From Dehalococcoidia bacterium (GTDB lineage: Bacteria > Chloroflexota > Dehalococcoidia > GIF9 > UBA5629), in the NCBI GenBank assembly GCA_016783155.1, contig JADHXB010000002.1:1-58694 (forward strand): a stretch of DNA of 58,694 nucleotides. Direction: 5' to 3'. A program made the position numbers and the translations under genes. Below are positions 1-10,398 of the stretch, one piece after another (the first letter of the stretch is position 1; every line of letters starts with the position of its first letter). Below the pieces are notes generated by a model that worked only from the letters and a program-made list of their open reading frames with translations, searched no databases and was not told the origin of the DNA.

Positions 1-2
1 CT

Positions 3-365
3 TGCTATATGTGCACGGTGCGCTGTCCCAGAGGAATCGTGCCAACCTATATAATGCATGCGCTGGAACATCTGGCCATGCACCATAACGTGAGCACTCC
101 ACGTACACGCACGCCAATCCTGTACAGGGTGTTCAGCGACACTGTCTACAATGATGGTCATATCCCGCGCTTGGGCTGCATGACCAGGTTTTATCTCAAG
201 GTGAACCCGTTTAGCGCCCTGAAAAACATGCCTGTGGCGCTCAGCTTGTTCAGGCACGGGCGCATGCCGATTAAACCCACCAGACTAAAACCTGAGGCAC
301 TAGGTCAGTTCAGAGCTATTCTGGACAAAGCTAAGGCGTTGGAGGCACATCATGAGATATTATAG
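3..365 (+). CDS. hdrC: HdrC-like 4Fe-4S subunit of heterodisulfide reductase, 5' end cut by the window edge
   Basis: The frame is open from base 3. It begins C-Y-M-C-T-V-R-C-P-R-G, the tail of a CxxCxxCxxxCP ferredoxin motif. It overlaps the start of an HdrB-type gene by 14 nt. Confidence 0.55.
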   Translation, partial: CYMCTVRCPRGIVPTYIMHALEHLAMHHNVSTPRTRTPILYRVFSDTVYNDGHIPRLGCMTRFYLKVNPFSALKNMPVALSLFRHGRMPIKPTRLKPEALGQFRAILDKAKALEAHHEIL

Positions 366-1227
366 CTACTTCCCTGGCTGCTGCATGCACGAAGACAGCC
401 GCGCCTATGATACCTCTGCCCAAGCTGTGGCAAAGGTTCTGGATACGGAACTCATCGAGCTTGAGGATTGGAACTGCTGCGGTTCTACACCATACACTGT
501 TGTTGACGAACTGGCTGCCTTTTGCTGCTGCGCCCGCAACTTAGCATTGGCTGAAAAAAGAGGGTTAGACTTAGTGGCAGCTTGTAGCGACTGTTACCTT
601 ATCCTTGCCAGGACAAACCAACACTTCAAGGAATACCCTGAGATTAGAGGGAAAATAAACGAAGCTTTGGCAGCTGGTGGCCTTGAGTATCACGGCACTA
701 TTAAGGTGCGACATATCCTTGATGTTTTCGCCAATGACATCAGTCATGACGAAATTTCATCTAAGGTTAAAGTGGACCTCGGCGGACTCAAAGTAGCCCC
801 TTACTATGGCTGCCAGGTAGTACGGCCTACACCAAGCTTTGACGACCCGGAATATCCTGAATCAATGGACCGCCTTATAGAGAGCTCAGGAGCCCAAGCT
901 GTGCCGTTTCCGCTCAAGACTCGCTGCTGCGGCGGTTCGCTCATCTTATCTGAACAGGACATCGCTTTAGGACTGATACACAAACTCCTTGATAACGCTG
1001 CAAGTAACGGCGCCGATTGCATCGTCACCGTATGCCCATTCTGCCACCTGAATCTGGATGCGTACCAAGGCGTGGTCAACAGGAGATTCAAAACTAAATT
1101 CAATATCCCTATTTTGTTCTTCACCCAGCTTATGGGCATAGCCTTCGGCATCGAGAGCAAAGAGCTAGGCCTACAAGAAAACATTGTTCCGCTAGAAAAA
1201 GTATTAGCCAGCTATATCAAGCACTAA
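352..1227 (+). CDS. hdrB: Heterodisulfide reductase subunit B (two CCG-type Cys-rich domains)
   Basis: 291 aa. It has N-terminal YFPGCC...NCCGS, and later YYGCQ, RCCGG and CPFCHLN motifs typical of HdrB/CCG domains. It is translationally coupled to its neighbours. Confidence 0.85.
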   Translation: MRYYSYFPGCCMHEDSRAYDTSAQAVAKVLDTELIELEDWNCCGSTPYTVVDELAAFCCCARNLALAEKRGLDLVAACSDCYLILARTNQHFKEYPEIRGKINEALAAGGLEYHGTIKVRHILDVFANDISHDEISSKVKVDLGGLKVAPYYGCQVVRPTPSFDDPEYPESMDRLIESSGAQAVPFPLKTRCCGGSLILSEQDIALGLIHKLLDNAASNGADCIVTVCPFCHLNLDAYQGVVNRRFKTKFNIPILFFTQLMGIAFGIESKELGLQENIVPLEKVLASYIKH

Positions 1228-1241
1228 TAAGGAGGCCCAAA

Positions 1242-3203
1242 ATGGAGCCGAAAATAGGTGTCTATATCTGCCACTGCGGCGCCAACATTGCTAGTACGGT
1301 TGATGTCGAGCAAGTAACCGAGTTCGCCAAAGGTCTGCCATCGGTAGCTATAGCCCGCGATTATAAATTCGCTTGTTCAGACCCAGGCCAAGAATTGATA
1401 AAGAACGACATCAAAGAACTGGGGCTCAATCGCGTTGTCGTGGCCTCCTGCTCCCCACGATTACACGAACAAACCTTCAGGCGAACTTTGGCTAGCGCCA
1501 GTCTAAACCCGTATCTGTTCGAGATGGCCAATATTCGGGAACACTGCTCTTGGGTGCATGAAGATGGTGGAAAGGCAACTGAGAAAGCCAAGGCACTGGT
1601 CAACGCCGCAATACGGCGCGTTTTCCATCACATACCGCTGGAAACCAAGAAGGTACCGGTCAACCCAAACACCCTCGTTGTTGGCGGAGGCATCGCTGGC
1701 ATACAGGCAACGCTTGAGATCGCCGATTCTGGCCACAAGGTTTACCTGGTGGAACGGGAGCCTTCTATAGGCGGTCACATGGCCCAGCTCGATAAGACCT
1801 TTCCCACCTTAGACTGTTCCGCCTGAATACTGACACCGAAGATGGCCTCGGTGAGGTCACACGAAAGTATCGAGCTCCTGACTTATAGTGAGGTTATAGA
1901 AGTCTCAGGCTACGTGGGCAATTTCAAGGTCAAAATAAGAAAGAAGCCGCGCTATGTAGATGAAATCAAATGCACTGGATGTGGCACCTGCCAGGAGAAA
2001 TGCCCCATGAAGGCAGATAGCGAATTCGACTTCGGCATCGGCAAAAGAAAGGTTATCTATACACCTTTCCCCCAGGCAGTGCCAAACATTCCAGTTATTG
2101 ACCGGGAGCGTTGCACTTATTTCATCAAAGGCAAATGCCGTGCCTGCGAAAAGTTCTGCGAAGCCAAGGCAATCGACTTCGAACAGACAGAGAAGATAAT
2201 TGATTTAGACGTCGGCTGCATCATAGTTACCACTGGCTTCGATTCCTTTGACCCCACCCCAATATCTCAATTCGGTTATGGAAGATATGACAATGTCATC
2301 ACCGGCTTCCAGTTCGAGAGAATGAGCAGTGCCTCGGGCCCAACTGGCGGCAAAATAGTGCTCAAAGATGGCTCAGAGCCACGGAGCCTAGCTATCTTGC
2401 ACTGCATCGGCAGCCGTGACCTCAACTATCACGAATACTGCTCCCGTGTCTGCTGCATGTCTTCACTCAAGTTCGCCCATCTAATAAGAGAGAAAATACC
2501 CGACGCTGAGATATATGACCTGTATATCGACCTCCGTTGTTTCGGCAAGGGCTACGAAGAATTCTACAACCGGCTTCAGGAGGAGGGAGTAAACTTCATC
2601 CGGGGTCGTGCCGGAGAAGTCACAGACATAGCCGAAACCCCTGAAGAGATAGGAAGGCTCGTAGTTCTCTGTGAGGATACCTTAATAGGCCGGCAAAGGC
2701 GGCTTCCTGTTGACATGGTTATTCTGAGTAATGCTCTGGAGCCCCGAGCTGATGCTGGTGAGGTGGCTAAACTATTTTCTATCAGCAGGAGCAAGGATGG
2801 CTTCTTCATGGAAAAGCATCCGAAGCTTGACCCGGTGGCTACCACTACAGATGGTGTTTTTGTCGCTGGCTGCTGCCAAGGACCAAAGGACATCCCCGAC
2901 ACGGTAGCCCAAGCCTCAGCAGCCGCAGCCCGGGTCATGGCCATGATAAGCAAGGGCAGCGTTGAGATTGAGGCAGCTACAGCAATTATCGAAGAGGAGT
3001 TTTGCTCCGGATGTAAGACTTGCATCGCACTGTGTCCATACAATGCCATTTCCTTTAACGAGGAGAGAAAGGTGTCTGCTATCAACGAAGCTCTATGCAA
3101 AGGCTGCGGCACCTGCGCTGCCGCTTGCCCCAGCGGGGCTATCATCAGCAGACATTTCACAACTGAGCAAATTATGGCACAACTAGAAGGAGTGCTAACA
3201 TGA
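1242..3203 (+). CDS. hdrA: Heterodisulfide reductase subunit A, selenocysteine isoform (in-frame TGA at 1824-1826 read as Sec)
   Basis: ORFs 1242..1826 and 1842..3203 are in the same frame. Read-through gives [17 protein letters not shown], collinear with the paralog at 5026..7017, which has [17 protein letters not shown] (TGT at 5641-5643). The FAD-binding GGGIAG motif and several CxxCxxCxxxCP motifs are present. An RBS aaggagg lies upstream. Confidence 0.85.
1834..1853 (+). promoter_or_regulatory. Candidate bacterial SECIS hairpin for hdrA UGA
   Basis: The sequence is caccgaag-atgg-cctcggtg. It forms a 6-bp stem plus a closing G-C pair, with a GG-containing apical loop. It starts 8 nt after the TGA. 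Confidence 0.45.
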
Positions 3204-3607
3204 ACCACGAGCCAAAGATAGTCGGATTCCTATGCAACTGGTGTTCCTACGCTGCGGCTGATCTGGCAGGTACATCTCGAAGAAAGTACGCACCCAATGT
3301 GCGTGTAATCAGGGTCATGTGCAGCGGCCGGGTAGAGCCCACCTTTATCCTCAAGGCTTTTCAGCTAGGGGCAGATGGGGTTCTAGTCTGCGGCTGACAT
3401 CCCGGTGAATGTCATTACCTGGAAGGTAATGTGAAAGAAGCCCGCAGGATACCATTGCTCAAGAAAATGCTGGGGCAACTTGGTATTGAGGAGGAGCGAG
3501 TAAGGCTGGATTGGGTCTCTGCCTCGGAAGCAGACCGCTTTGCTTCCATAGTAGATGAGATGACAGAACAAATAAGAGAGCTTGGACCTTTTAGCCATAA
3601 TAGCTGA
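3200..3607 (+). CDS. mvhD: MvhD-type [2Fe-2S] subunit, selenocysteine isoform (in-frame TGA at 3395-3397 read as Sec)
   Basis: The 65-aa ORF stops at TGA. The same frame continues [11 protein letters not shown]...LGPFSHNS to TGA at 3605-3607. Residue 66 aligns with Cys66 (TGT 7209-7211) of the paralog at 7014..7439, so GUHPGECHY aligns with GCHAGDCHY. Confidence 0.8.
3413..3431 (+). promoter_or_regulatory. Candidate bacterial SECIS hairpin for mvhD UGA
   Basis: The sequence is cattacc-tggaa-ggtaatg, a perfect 7-bp stem with a GG-containing loop. It starts 16 nt after the TGA. Confidence 0.45.
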
Positions 3608-3805
3608 TATTGTCTATTATATTACCCAACAGTTTTCCAGTTTCAAAAAATATCGCTTAGCCCGAGATTCTAGCCTCGTCTAATTTGGCCCTGTTTCGTT
3701 CACAATGACAAAAAAGCGGACGTGGAACCGCCTCTATCAAAATAAGAGCCCGCGTAAAATTACCTAAAATCCTGCCCGAACTAGGCAAAATAGCCGCGCC
3801 TATAC

Positions 3806-3835
3806 TTGCAGAGAATATCCGACTTGTTGTATTAT
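3806..3835 (+). promoter_or_regulatory. Possible sigma70-type promoter of the second hdr/mvh module
   Basis: TTGCAG (3806-3811), an 18-nt spacer, then TATTAT (3830-3835). It sits in the 270-nt gap after the first module and about 40 nt before the RBS of the next gene. Confidence 0.3.
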
Positions 3836-3877
3836 AATGCGGTTTGCCTAAAACCAAGAGGAAAGGAAAGGTCAATC

Positions 3878-5026
3878 ATGGAAATTGCAACCCCGATGAA
3901 AGAGACTACTGATATCATTTTGGAAAAGGGCGGTAACCCTCTTGAATTGTGCTACCAATGTGGTCTATGCACTGGCGTTTGTCCCTGGAACCGGTTAACG
4001 AGCTTCACACTGCGCAAGCTAATTCACAAAAGTCAACTCGGCGTTGTTGACTTTGAGGACGAAGAGTTGTGGAGATGTGTTGGCTGTAACGCCTGTGTTG
4101 ACCGCTGCCCCCGCGATGTAGAGATACCTCACATAATGCGAGCCTTGCGCCGCGTTATCATAGAAGTCGGCGCCGGCATAGTCCCTCACTCACTACGAAT
4201 CTCAGAGAAGAATATCTCCGCCGTAGGGAATCCGCTGGGAGAACCACCAGAAAAGCGAATGGATTGGGCCAAAGACCTCGGCGTCAAGACATTCACCAAA
4301 GGTACTGAGATACTGTATTTCCCGTGCTGCTACCAGACCTACGACCCCCCTGCTCAGAAGACTGCCCTGGCAACGATTGACATCCTGAAAAAAGCCGCGG
4401 TGGATTTCGGTATCCCGGATAACAACGTTGTCTGCTGTGGCGAGAGCATACGCAAGGCAGGCGCGGAAAGCCTGTTCCAACGATTAGCCAAGACCAACAT
4501 CGATATTTTCGCTGAACTCGGCGTCAAGAAGATCCTTGTCACATCCCCCCACTGCTATCACACTTTCAAGGACGAATACCCCGAACTGGGAGCCAATTAC
4601 GAGGTAATCCACTTATCCCAATATCTGGCCGACCTTATCAAAGATGGCAGGATAAAGCTGACTAAGGAATTAAATAAAAAGGTTACCTATCACGACTCCT
4701 GCTGTTTGGGCCGCTATCAAGGGATATACGATGAGCACCGTGAGATATTGAACAGCATCCCCGGTTTGGACTTCGTCGAGATGCCGGAAATGCGTGAATA
4801 TTCCCTCTGTTGCGGTGGTTGCGCTGGGAGACTGTGGATGGAAAGCAAAAAGGGCGAAAGGCTTTCTGAACTTAGACTTGAGCAGGTACTCGAGGTGGGA
4901 GCCAATACACTAGCCATCAGCTGCCCTTATTGCATGGCCAATTTCAACGATGGTGTGATATCCATGGATAAGGCTGGCGTTCTAGAAGTTAAAGACATAT
5001 CAGAACTTGTTGCGGAGGCATTATAA
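3878..5026 (+). CDS. HdrD-like fused Fe-S/CCG-domain oxidoreductase (HdrC+HdrB fusion architecture)
   Basis: Two ferredoxin motifs (CYQCGLCTGVCP and CVGCNACVDRCP) are followed by Cys-rich CCG motifs (PCCY, CCGES, DSCCLGR, CCGGCAG, CPYC). I chose the ATG at 3878 because the RBS aggaaaggaaagg precedes it. The longer 3806 start has no RBS. Confidence 0.75.
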   Translation: MEIATPMKETTDIILEKGGNPLELCYQCGLCTGVCPWNRLTSFTLRKLIHKSQLGVVDFEDEELWRCVGCNACVDRCPRDVEIPHIMRALRRVIIEVGAGIVPHSLRISEKNISAVGNPLGEPPEKRMDWAKDLGVKTFTKGTEILYFPCCYQTYDPPAQKTALATIDILKKAAVDFGIPDNNVVCCGESIRKAGAESLFQRLAKTNIDIFAELGVKKILVTSPHCYHTFKDEYPELGANYEVIHLSQYLADLIKDGRIKLTKELNKKVTYHDSCCLGRYQGIYDEHREILNSIPGLDFVEMPEMREYSLCCGGCAGRLWMESKKGERLSELRLEQVLEVGANTLAISCPYCMANFNDGVISMDKAGVLEVKDISELVAEAL

Positions 5027-7017
5027 TGGCAGAAAAAAAAGTAGCAACGAAGAAAGACACGGAGCCAAAGATAGGCGTATATGTTTGCCACTGCGGCTCT
5101 AATATCGCCGGTACCGTTGATGTGCCGCAGGTAGTTGAGTTTGCTAAGGGACTGCCGGCGGTAGCAATTGCCCGCGAATACAAGTTCATGTGCTCTGACC
5201 CGGGACAGAGCATGATTAAGGATGACATCAAGCAGCTAGGGCTCAACCGGGTTGTGGTTGCCTCCTGTTCCCCACTGCTGCATGAGCCAACCTTCCGCCA
5301 CGCCATTCAAGAAGCCGGTCTCAATCCTTACCTCTTCGAAATGGCAAACATCCGAGAACACTGCTCCTGGACAACCGAGGATCACGGAGAGGCTACAGAG
5401 AAAGCCAAAGCCCTGGTAAGCGCTGCAGTGAAGCGTATTTATCTCCATCAGCCTTTAGAGGTAAGAGAGGTTCCGGTTAATCCAAATACTCTAATAGTTG
5501 GCGGCGGTATTGCCGGGATTCAAGCAGCGTTAGAAATCGCTGATGCCGGGCACAAAGTTTATCTGGTAGAGAAAGACCCAAGCATCGGCGGACACATGAT
5601 ACAGTTCGATAAGACCTTCCCCACTTTAGACTGCTCCGCCTGTATCCTTACACCTAAGATGACCTCTGCAGGCTCTCATCCCAACATCGAATTGATGACC
5701 TACAGTGAAGTGGAGGAAATCGCCGGTTTCATCGGCAGCTTCAAAGCCAAGATTCGTAAAAAGGCTAAATTTGTGGACGAATCTAAATGCAATGGCTGCG
5801 GTGTCTGCATTGAGAAATGCCCGTGGAAAGCAGACAGCGAGTTTGACCTCGGATTAAGCCAGCGAAAAGCTATCTACACCCCATTTCCGCAAGCAGTGCC
5901 TAATATTCCCGTCATAGACAAGGAGAGCTGTGCCTATTTCCTCAAAGGCAAATGCCGTGCCTGCGAAAAGTTCTGCGAGAGAGAAGCCATCGATTTCGAG
6001 CAGCAGGACAAAATTGTCGAGATAGATGTGGGAAACATAATCATAACCACTGGCTATGACCCGTTCGACCCCACCCCCATCATCAAATATGGCTATGGTA
6101 AATTTCCCAATGTTGTCACAGGTCTTGAATTCGAGAGAATCTGCAATTCCGTAGGACCCACCGGTGGCAAAATCGTTCTCAAAGACGGTTCTGAGCCGAA
6201 AAGCATAGCTATAATACACTGTGTGGGCAGCCGAGACGAAAATTATCATAAATACTGCTCACGCGTCTGTTGCATGTACGCTCTCAAATACTCTCACCTC
6301 ATAAAGGAAAAGACAAAAGCCGATGTTTACCAGATGTATATAGATATGCGCTGCTTCGGTAAAGGCTACGAGGAATTCTATCAGCGGCTATCTGATGAAG
6401 GGGTTACCTTCATACGAGGAAAGCCAGCCGAGGTTACAGATAGAGCGATAAGTGAAGAGGAGAAGGGGAAACTAATTGTCGTCGGCGAGGATAGTTTGCT
6501 AGGAACCGTTATCCGAGTCCCGGTTGACATGGTTATCCTGTGCATAGCCCTGGAAGCTCGGGCTGATGCCAAGAACGTTGCTCAGCTGTTTAGCATCAGC
6601 CAAGGCGCCGATGCCTTCTTTATAGAGAGACATCCTAAGCTCGACCCGGTAGCAACTATGACTGACGGTGTCTTTATCGCCGGCTGCTGCCAGGGTCCCA
6701 AGGACATACCTGACACTGTAGCCCAAGCCTCAGCCGCAGCTGCACGTGTATTGGCCTTAATTAGCAAAGGAAAGGTTGAGCTAGAGGCAACCGTCGCAGT
6801 CATCGATGAAGAGAAATGCTCCGGCTGCCGAATTTGCAACCTTCTTTGTCCTTACAACGCTATTGACTTCATTGAGGAAGAAGAGGTGTCCCGAATCAAT
6901 GATGCCCTGTGCAAAGGTTGTGGTACTTGTGTCGCCGCCTGCCCTAGTGCAGCGATTACACATAAGCATTTTACTACCGAAGAAATTATGGCAGAAATAG
7001 AGGGGGTATTAGTATGA
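5026..7017 (+). CDS. hdrA: Heterodisulfide reductase subunit A, cysteine isoform
   Basis: 663 aa and uninterrupted. It is collinear along its whole length with the recoded hdrA at 1242..3203, with high identity in every stretch compared by eye. Confidence 0.9.
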   Translation: MAEKKVATKKDTEPKIGVYVCHCGSNIAGTVDVPQVVEFAKGLPAVAIAREYKFMCSDPGQSMIKDDIKQLGLNRVVVASCSPLLHEPTFRHAIQEAGLNPYLFEMANIREHCSWTTEDHGEATEKAKALVSAAVKRIYLHQPLEVREVPVNPNTLIVGGGIAGIQAALEIADAGHKVYLVEKDPSIGGHMIQFDKTFPTLDCSACILTPKMTSAGSHPNIELMTYSEVEEIAGFIGSFKAKIRKKAKFVDESKCNGCGVCIEKCPWKADSEFDLGLSQRKAIYTPFPQAVPNIPVIDKESCAYFLKGKCRACEKFCEREAIDFEQQDKIVEIDVGNIIITTGYDPFDPTPIIKYGYGKFPNVVTGLEFERICNSVGPTGGKIVLKDGSEPKSIAIIHCVGSRDENYHKYCSRVCCMYALKYSHLIKEKTKADVYQMYIDMRCFGKGYEEFYQRLSDEGVTFIRGKPAEVTDRAISEEEKGKLIVVGEDSLLGTVIRVPVDMVILCIALEARADAKNVAQLFSISQGADAFFIERHPKLDPVATMTDGVFIAGCCQGPKDIPDTVAQASAAAARVLALISKGKVELEATVAVIDEEKCSGCRICNLLCPYNAIDFIEEEEVSRINDALCKGCGTCVAACPSAAITHKHFTTEEIMAEIEGVLV

Positions 7018-7439
7018 ACTTCGAACCAAAAATCGTTGGCTTCTGTTGTAACTGGTGCTCCTATCGGGGTGCCGATTTAGCTGGCACTGCCAGAATGAAA
7101 TGCTCCCCTAACGTCCGCATCATCAGAGTGATGTGCAGTGGTCGGGTGGAACCAACCTTTGTCGTCAAAGCATTTGAGCTGGGAGCTGATGGCGTTTTAG
7201 TCTTGGGCTGTCATGCCGGTGACTGCCACTATTCCGAGGGCAATTATAAGACAATGCGACGCATGCCATTGCTCAAGAAAATGCTGGCCCAAATGGGCAT
7301 CGAGGAGGAGCGAGTGCGTCTCGATTGGGTGTCAGCTTCTGAAGGTGACCGCTTTGTCTCGATAGTTGACGATATGACCGCTAAAGTTAGAGCCCTGGGG
7401 CCCTTTAAAAATAACTCCAAGGAGGCAAAACATGGCTAA
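7014..7439 (+). CDS. mvhD: MvhD-type [2Fe-2S] electron-transfer subunit, cysteine isoform
   Basis: 141 aa with CNWCSY, VMCSGR and GCHAGDCHY motifs. It overlaps the hdrA stop (ATGA). Confidence 0.85.
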   Translation: MNFEPKIVGFCCNWCSYRGADLAGTARMKCSPNVRIIRVMCSGRVEPTFVVKAFELGADGVLVLGCHAGDCHYSEGNYKTMRRMPLLKKMLAQMGIEEERVRLDWVSASEGDRFVSIVDDMTAKVRALGPFKNNSKEAKHG

Positions 7440-8391
7440 ACTCAAACTGGCTCTATACTGGGCTTCCAGTTGCGGTGGTTGTGAAATCGCTCAACTCCAG
7501 ATCGGCGACAAAATCCTCAAGCTAGCAGAGGTCGCCGACATCGTATTCTGGCCGGTAGCCATTGACGCCAAGTACAAAGACGTTGAGGCCATGCCCGAGA
7601 AAAGTATAGATGTTTGCCTATTTAACGGAGCGATTAGAACTTCAGAGCAGGAACACATGGCAAAAATGCTACGCGAAAAATCCAAAGTACTGATCGCCTA
7701 CGGTGCCTGTGCCTACGGGGGTGGTATCCCTGGACTGGGCAACATGTTCAACAGGGAGCTGATTTTTGAACGGGCTTACTTGGAAACACCATCGACAGAT
7801 AATAAGGAGAAAGTCCTGCCACAGACAAAATGCAAGGTACCAGAAGGTGAACTTACCCTCCCTGAGTTCTATGACACGGTCAAGACCCTTGGTCAGACGG
7901 TAGACATAGACTATGTTATCCCAGGTTGCCCTCCAGAAGCCAGGACAACCTGGCTGGCTTTGGAAGCCCTGATTGAAGGCAAACTGCCACCTAAAGGGAC
8001 AGTGATTACCCACAATGCCAAAGCGGTATGTGACGATTGCCCTAAGAAGAGAGACGTGAAAAAGGTCAAGAAGTTCTACCGTACCTTTGAGATTATGCCT
8101 GATCCTGAAATATGTCTTCTGGAACAGGGTCTCCTTTGTGCTGGCATCGCCACTCGTGGCGGCTGCGAAGCTCCATGCCCGCAGGCTAATATGCCATGCA
8201 CCGGCTGCTACGGGCCAGTGGACGGAGTAATTGATCAAGGAGCTCATTTTTTGAGTGCGGTAGCTTCGGTGATCGACTCCAATGACCCTGATGAAATTCA
8301 GAGAATTATTGATGGCATCTACGACCCGGTGGGTACATTCTACCGCTACAGCCTACCCGATTCGCTATTAAGGAGGGCAAAAATAAAATGA
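7432..8391 (+). CDS. mvhG: [NiFe] hydrogenase small subunit, group 3c (MvhG-like)
   Basis: 319 aa. N-terminal ASSCGGCE and distal Cys clusters ([27 protein letters not shown]) are present. It lies between mvhD and the large subunit. Confidence 0.85.
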   Translation: MAKLKLALYWASSCGGCEIAQLQIGDKILKLAEVADIVFWPVAIDAKYKDVEAMPEKSIDVCLFNGAIRTSEQEHMAKMLREKSKVLIAYGACAYGGGIPGLGNMFNRELIFERAYLETPSTDNKEKVLPQTKCKVPEGELTLPEFYDTVKTLGQTVDIDYVIPGCPPEARTTWLALEALIEGKLPPKGTVITHNAKAVCDDCPKKRDVKKVKKFYRTFEIMPDPEICLLEQGLLCAGIATRGGCEAPCPQANMPCTGCYGPVDGVIDQGAHFLSAVASVIDSNDPDEIQRIIDGIYDPVGTFYRYSLPDSLLRRAKIK

Positions 8392-9860
8392 AGAAGATAA
8401 CTATAGACCCCATTACCCGGCTGGAGGGTCACGGCAAAATAGAGATATTCCTCAATGATGCCGGAGAGGTGGAGAACTCCTATTTCCAAGTTCCAGAACT
8501 GAGGGGATTTGAGAAATTTTGTGAAGGGCGATTGGCTGAGGACATGCCTCAGATAACACAGAGAATCTGCGGCGTCTGCCCCGAAGCCCACCACATGGCA
8601 TCAACCAAAACCCTCGATGCCCTCTTCCATGTCGAACCACCAAGCCCAGCCAAGAAGCTTCGCGAACTTTTTTATAGCGCCTTCTACGTTACCGACCATA
8701 CCACCCATTTCTACATTCTGGCTGGCCCCGACTTCATCATGGGACCAGAAGCTCCCGTAGCTGAGCGGAATATTCTAGGAGTCATCGCCAAAGTCGGCTT
8801 AGAATTAGGCGGAGCCGTAATTAATGCCCGGATGCAAAATCACCGCATCATCCACATGCTTGGTGGTAGAGCAGTGCATCCTGTCTTCGGTCTGCCCGGC
8901 GGTGTCAGCAAAGGGCTTAACGAAGAGGAACGGAGGGAAGTTGAGCAAATAGCCAAGGACTCTGTGGAATTTGCCAAGCTCTCCTTGAAAGTATTTGACG
9001 ACATCGTCTTAAAGAACAAAGAGTACGTCGATATGATTGTTAGCGACGCTTATACTCACCGCACCTACTACATGGGTCTAGTTGACGAAAAGAACAGAGT
9101 CAATTTCTATGATGGCAAAGTTAGAGTAGTTGACCCTGATGGCAAAGAGTTTGCCAAATATGCACCCCGAGAATACCTCGACCACGTCGCTGAACATGTG
9201 GAGCCATGGAGCTATATGAAATTCCCCTACCTCAAGAAGATCGGGTGGAAAGGTTTTGTCGATGGCAAGGATAGCGGCGTTTTCCGAGCAACTCCTCTCT
9301 CTCGACTCAATGCTGCTGATGGCATGACAACGCCACTAGCCCAGGAAGCCTATGAGAGGTTCTACTCTACACTAGGTGGCAAGCCAGTCCACCATACCTT
9401 AGCAACCCACTGGGCACGCCTCGTTGAACTTCTCTACGCTGCCGAAAGATTGCTAGAGCTCAGCCAGGACCCTGAAATCACCAGCCCTAACATTCGTACC
9501 ATTCCTACAGCTACACCAGACGAAGGTGTTGGCATTGTCGAAGCTCCTCGAGGTACTTTGACCCATCACTATATTACCGACGAAAGAGGTGTGATCAAGA
9601 AAGCCAACCTGATTGTGGCTACAGTTAATAATGCCGCCGCCGTAAATATGTCAGTCAAGAAAGCGGCTATGGCACTCATCAAACCGGGCAAAGAGATAAC
9701 CGAGGGGCTGCTCAACCGTATTGAGATGGCATGGCGTCCCTACGACCTTTGCCTTGCTTGCGCTACCCACAGTCTTCCTGGACAGGCACCAATGGAGGTA
9801 GTTATCTACAACAGCAAGGGAGAAGTTGTGGAAAGGCTCGGGCGACACCTGCTCCCATAA
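8388..9860 (+). CDS. mvhA: [NiFe] hydrogenase large subunit, group 3c (MvhA-like), Cys-type active site
   Basis: 490 aa. It has the N-terminal RICGVCPEAHH motif and the C-terminal DLCLACATH Ni-binding motif, with no TGA. Confidence 0.9.
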   Translation: MKKITIDPITRLEGHGKIEIFLNDAGEVENSYFQVPELRGFEKFCEGRLAEDMPQITQRICGVCPEAHHMASTKTLDALFHVEPPSPAKKLRELFYSAFYVTDHTTHFYILAGPDFIMGPEAPVAERNILGVIAKVGLELGGAVINARMQNHRIIHMLGGRAVHPVFGLPGGVSKGLNEEERREVEQIAKDSVEFAKLSLKVFDDIVLKNKEYVDMIVSDAYTHRTYYMGLVDEKNRVNFYDGKVRVVDPDGKEFAKYAPREYLDHVAEHVEPWSYMKFPYLKKIGWKGFVDGKDSGVFRATPLSRLNAADGMTTPLAQEAYERFYSTLGGKPVHHTLATHWARLVELLYAAERLLELSQDPEITSPNIRTIPTATPDEGVGIVEAPRGTLTHHYITDERGVIKKANLIVATVNNAAAVNMSVKKAAMALIKPGKEITEGLLNRIEMAWRPYDLCLACATHSLPGQAPMEVVIYNSKGEVVERLGRHLLP

Positions 9861-9887
9861 TCAGATAGTTGAGGCGCTTTTAAAAGG

Positions 9888-10355
9888 GTGGGGAAGACGA
9901 AAACACTGATATTGGGGTTGGGTAATTCACTCCTCAGCGATGATGGAGTGGGCTTAACTATTGCCGCTGAACTCAAGAACAGGCTCAATGAATCAGACAT
10001 AACTGTTATGGAGACCAGCGTTGCCGGTCTAAGCCTGTTAGACCTGTTGGTTGGCTACGACAGAGCCATTATCATTGACGCCATACAGACATTGGATGGA
10101 AAACCGGGGCAAATTTACCGGCTTGACCCGGAAGCGTTTGATACCACACGACGCACAATCTCACCACACGACGTTAACTTCACCACTGCCCTTGAGTTTG
10201 GCAAAAAAGTAGGACTTCCTTTACCTCAGGAAATCGTTATCTTCGCCATTGAGGTGTCAGATGTAAGCACCTTCAGTGAGGAATGTACACCTCAAGTTAC
10301 ACGGGCAATCCCCACCTGTGTCGAAATGGTCCTCCAAGAACTAAAAAGGTGGTGA
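9888..10355 (+). CDS. Hydrogenase maturation endopeptidase (HybD/HycI/FrhD family)
   Basis: 155 aa with GLGNSLLSDDGVG, IIIDA and PHD motifs. It lies directly downstream of the large subunit and uses a GTG start. Confidence 0.8.
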   Translation: MGKTKTLILGLGNSLLSDDGVGLTIAAELKNRLNESDITVMETSVAGLSLLDLLVGYDRAIIIDAIQTLDGKPGQIYRLDPEAFDTTRRTISPHDVNFTTALEFGKKVGLPLPQEIVIFAIEVSDVSTFSEECTPQVTRAIPTCVEMVLQELKRW

Positions 10356-10380
10356 CAACTTCTAGGCTATCACCACCTTT
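10345..10380. terminator. Hairpin between convergent genes (possible bidirectional terminator)
   Basis: aaaggtggtga and tcaccaccttt form a perfect 11-bp stem with a 14-nt loop. A/T runs flank both sides. It overlaps the protease stop codon. Confidence 0.5.
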
Positions 10381-10398
10381 CAAAAGGAAGGAAAATTG

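Noticed and set aside
1242-1826. The hdrA and mvhD fragments (1242..1826, 1842..3203 and 3200..3397) could be read as pseudogenes or truncated genes.
   Set aside because: Both interruptions are single TGA codons that align exactly to Cys codons of the in-window paralogs. The frames stay open afterwards, and each TGA is followed by a hairpin. Sec recoding explains all of this better than decay does.
2576-3208. Long antisense or overlapping ORFs lie inside well-supported genes. Examples are 804..1184(-), 2576..3208(-), 7669..8247(-), 24936..25475(-), 36679..37347(+), 40187..40798(+) and 53764..54198(-).
   Set aside because: They lie entirely opposite or out of frame to genes with strong family motifs. 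They have no RBS and show low-complexity composition (Ser/Ala/Pro/Arg-rich). I treat them as shadow ORFs.
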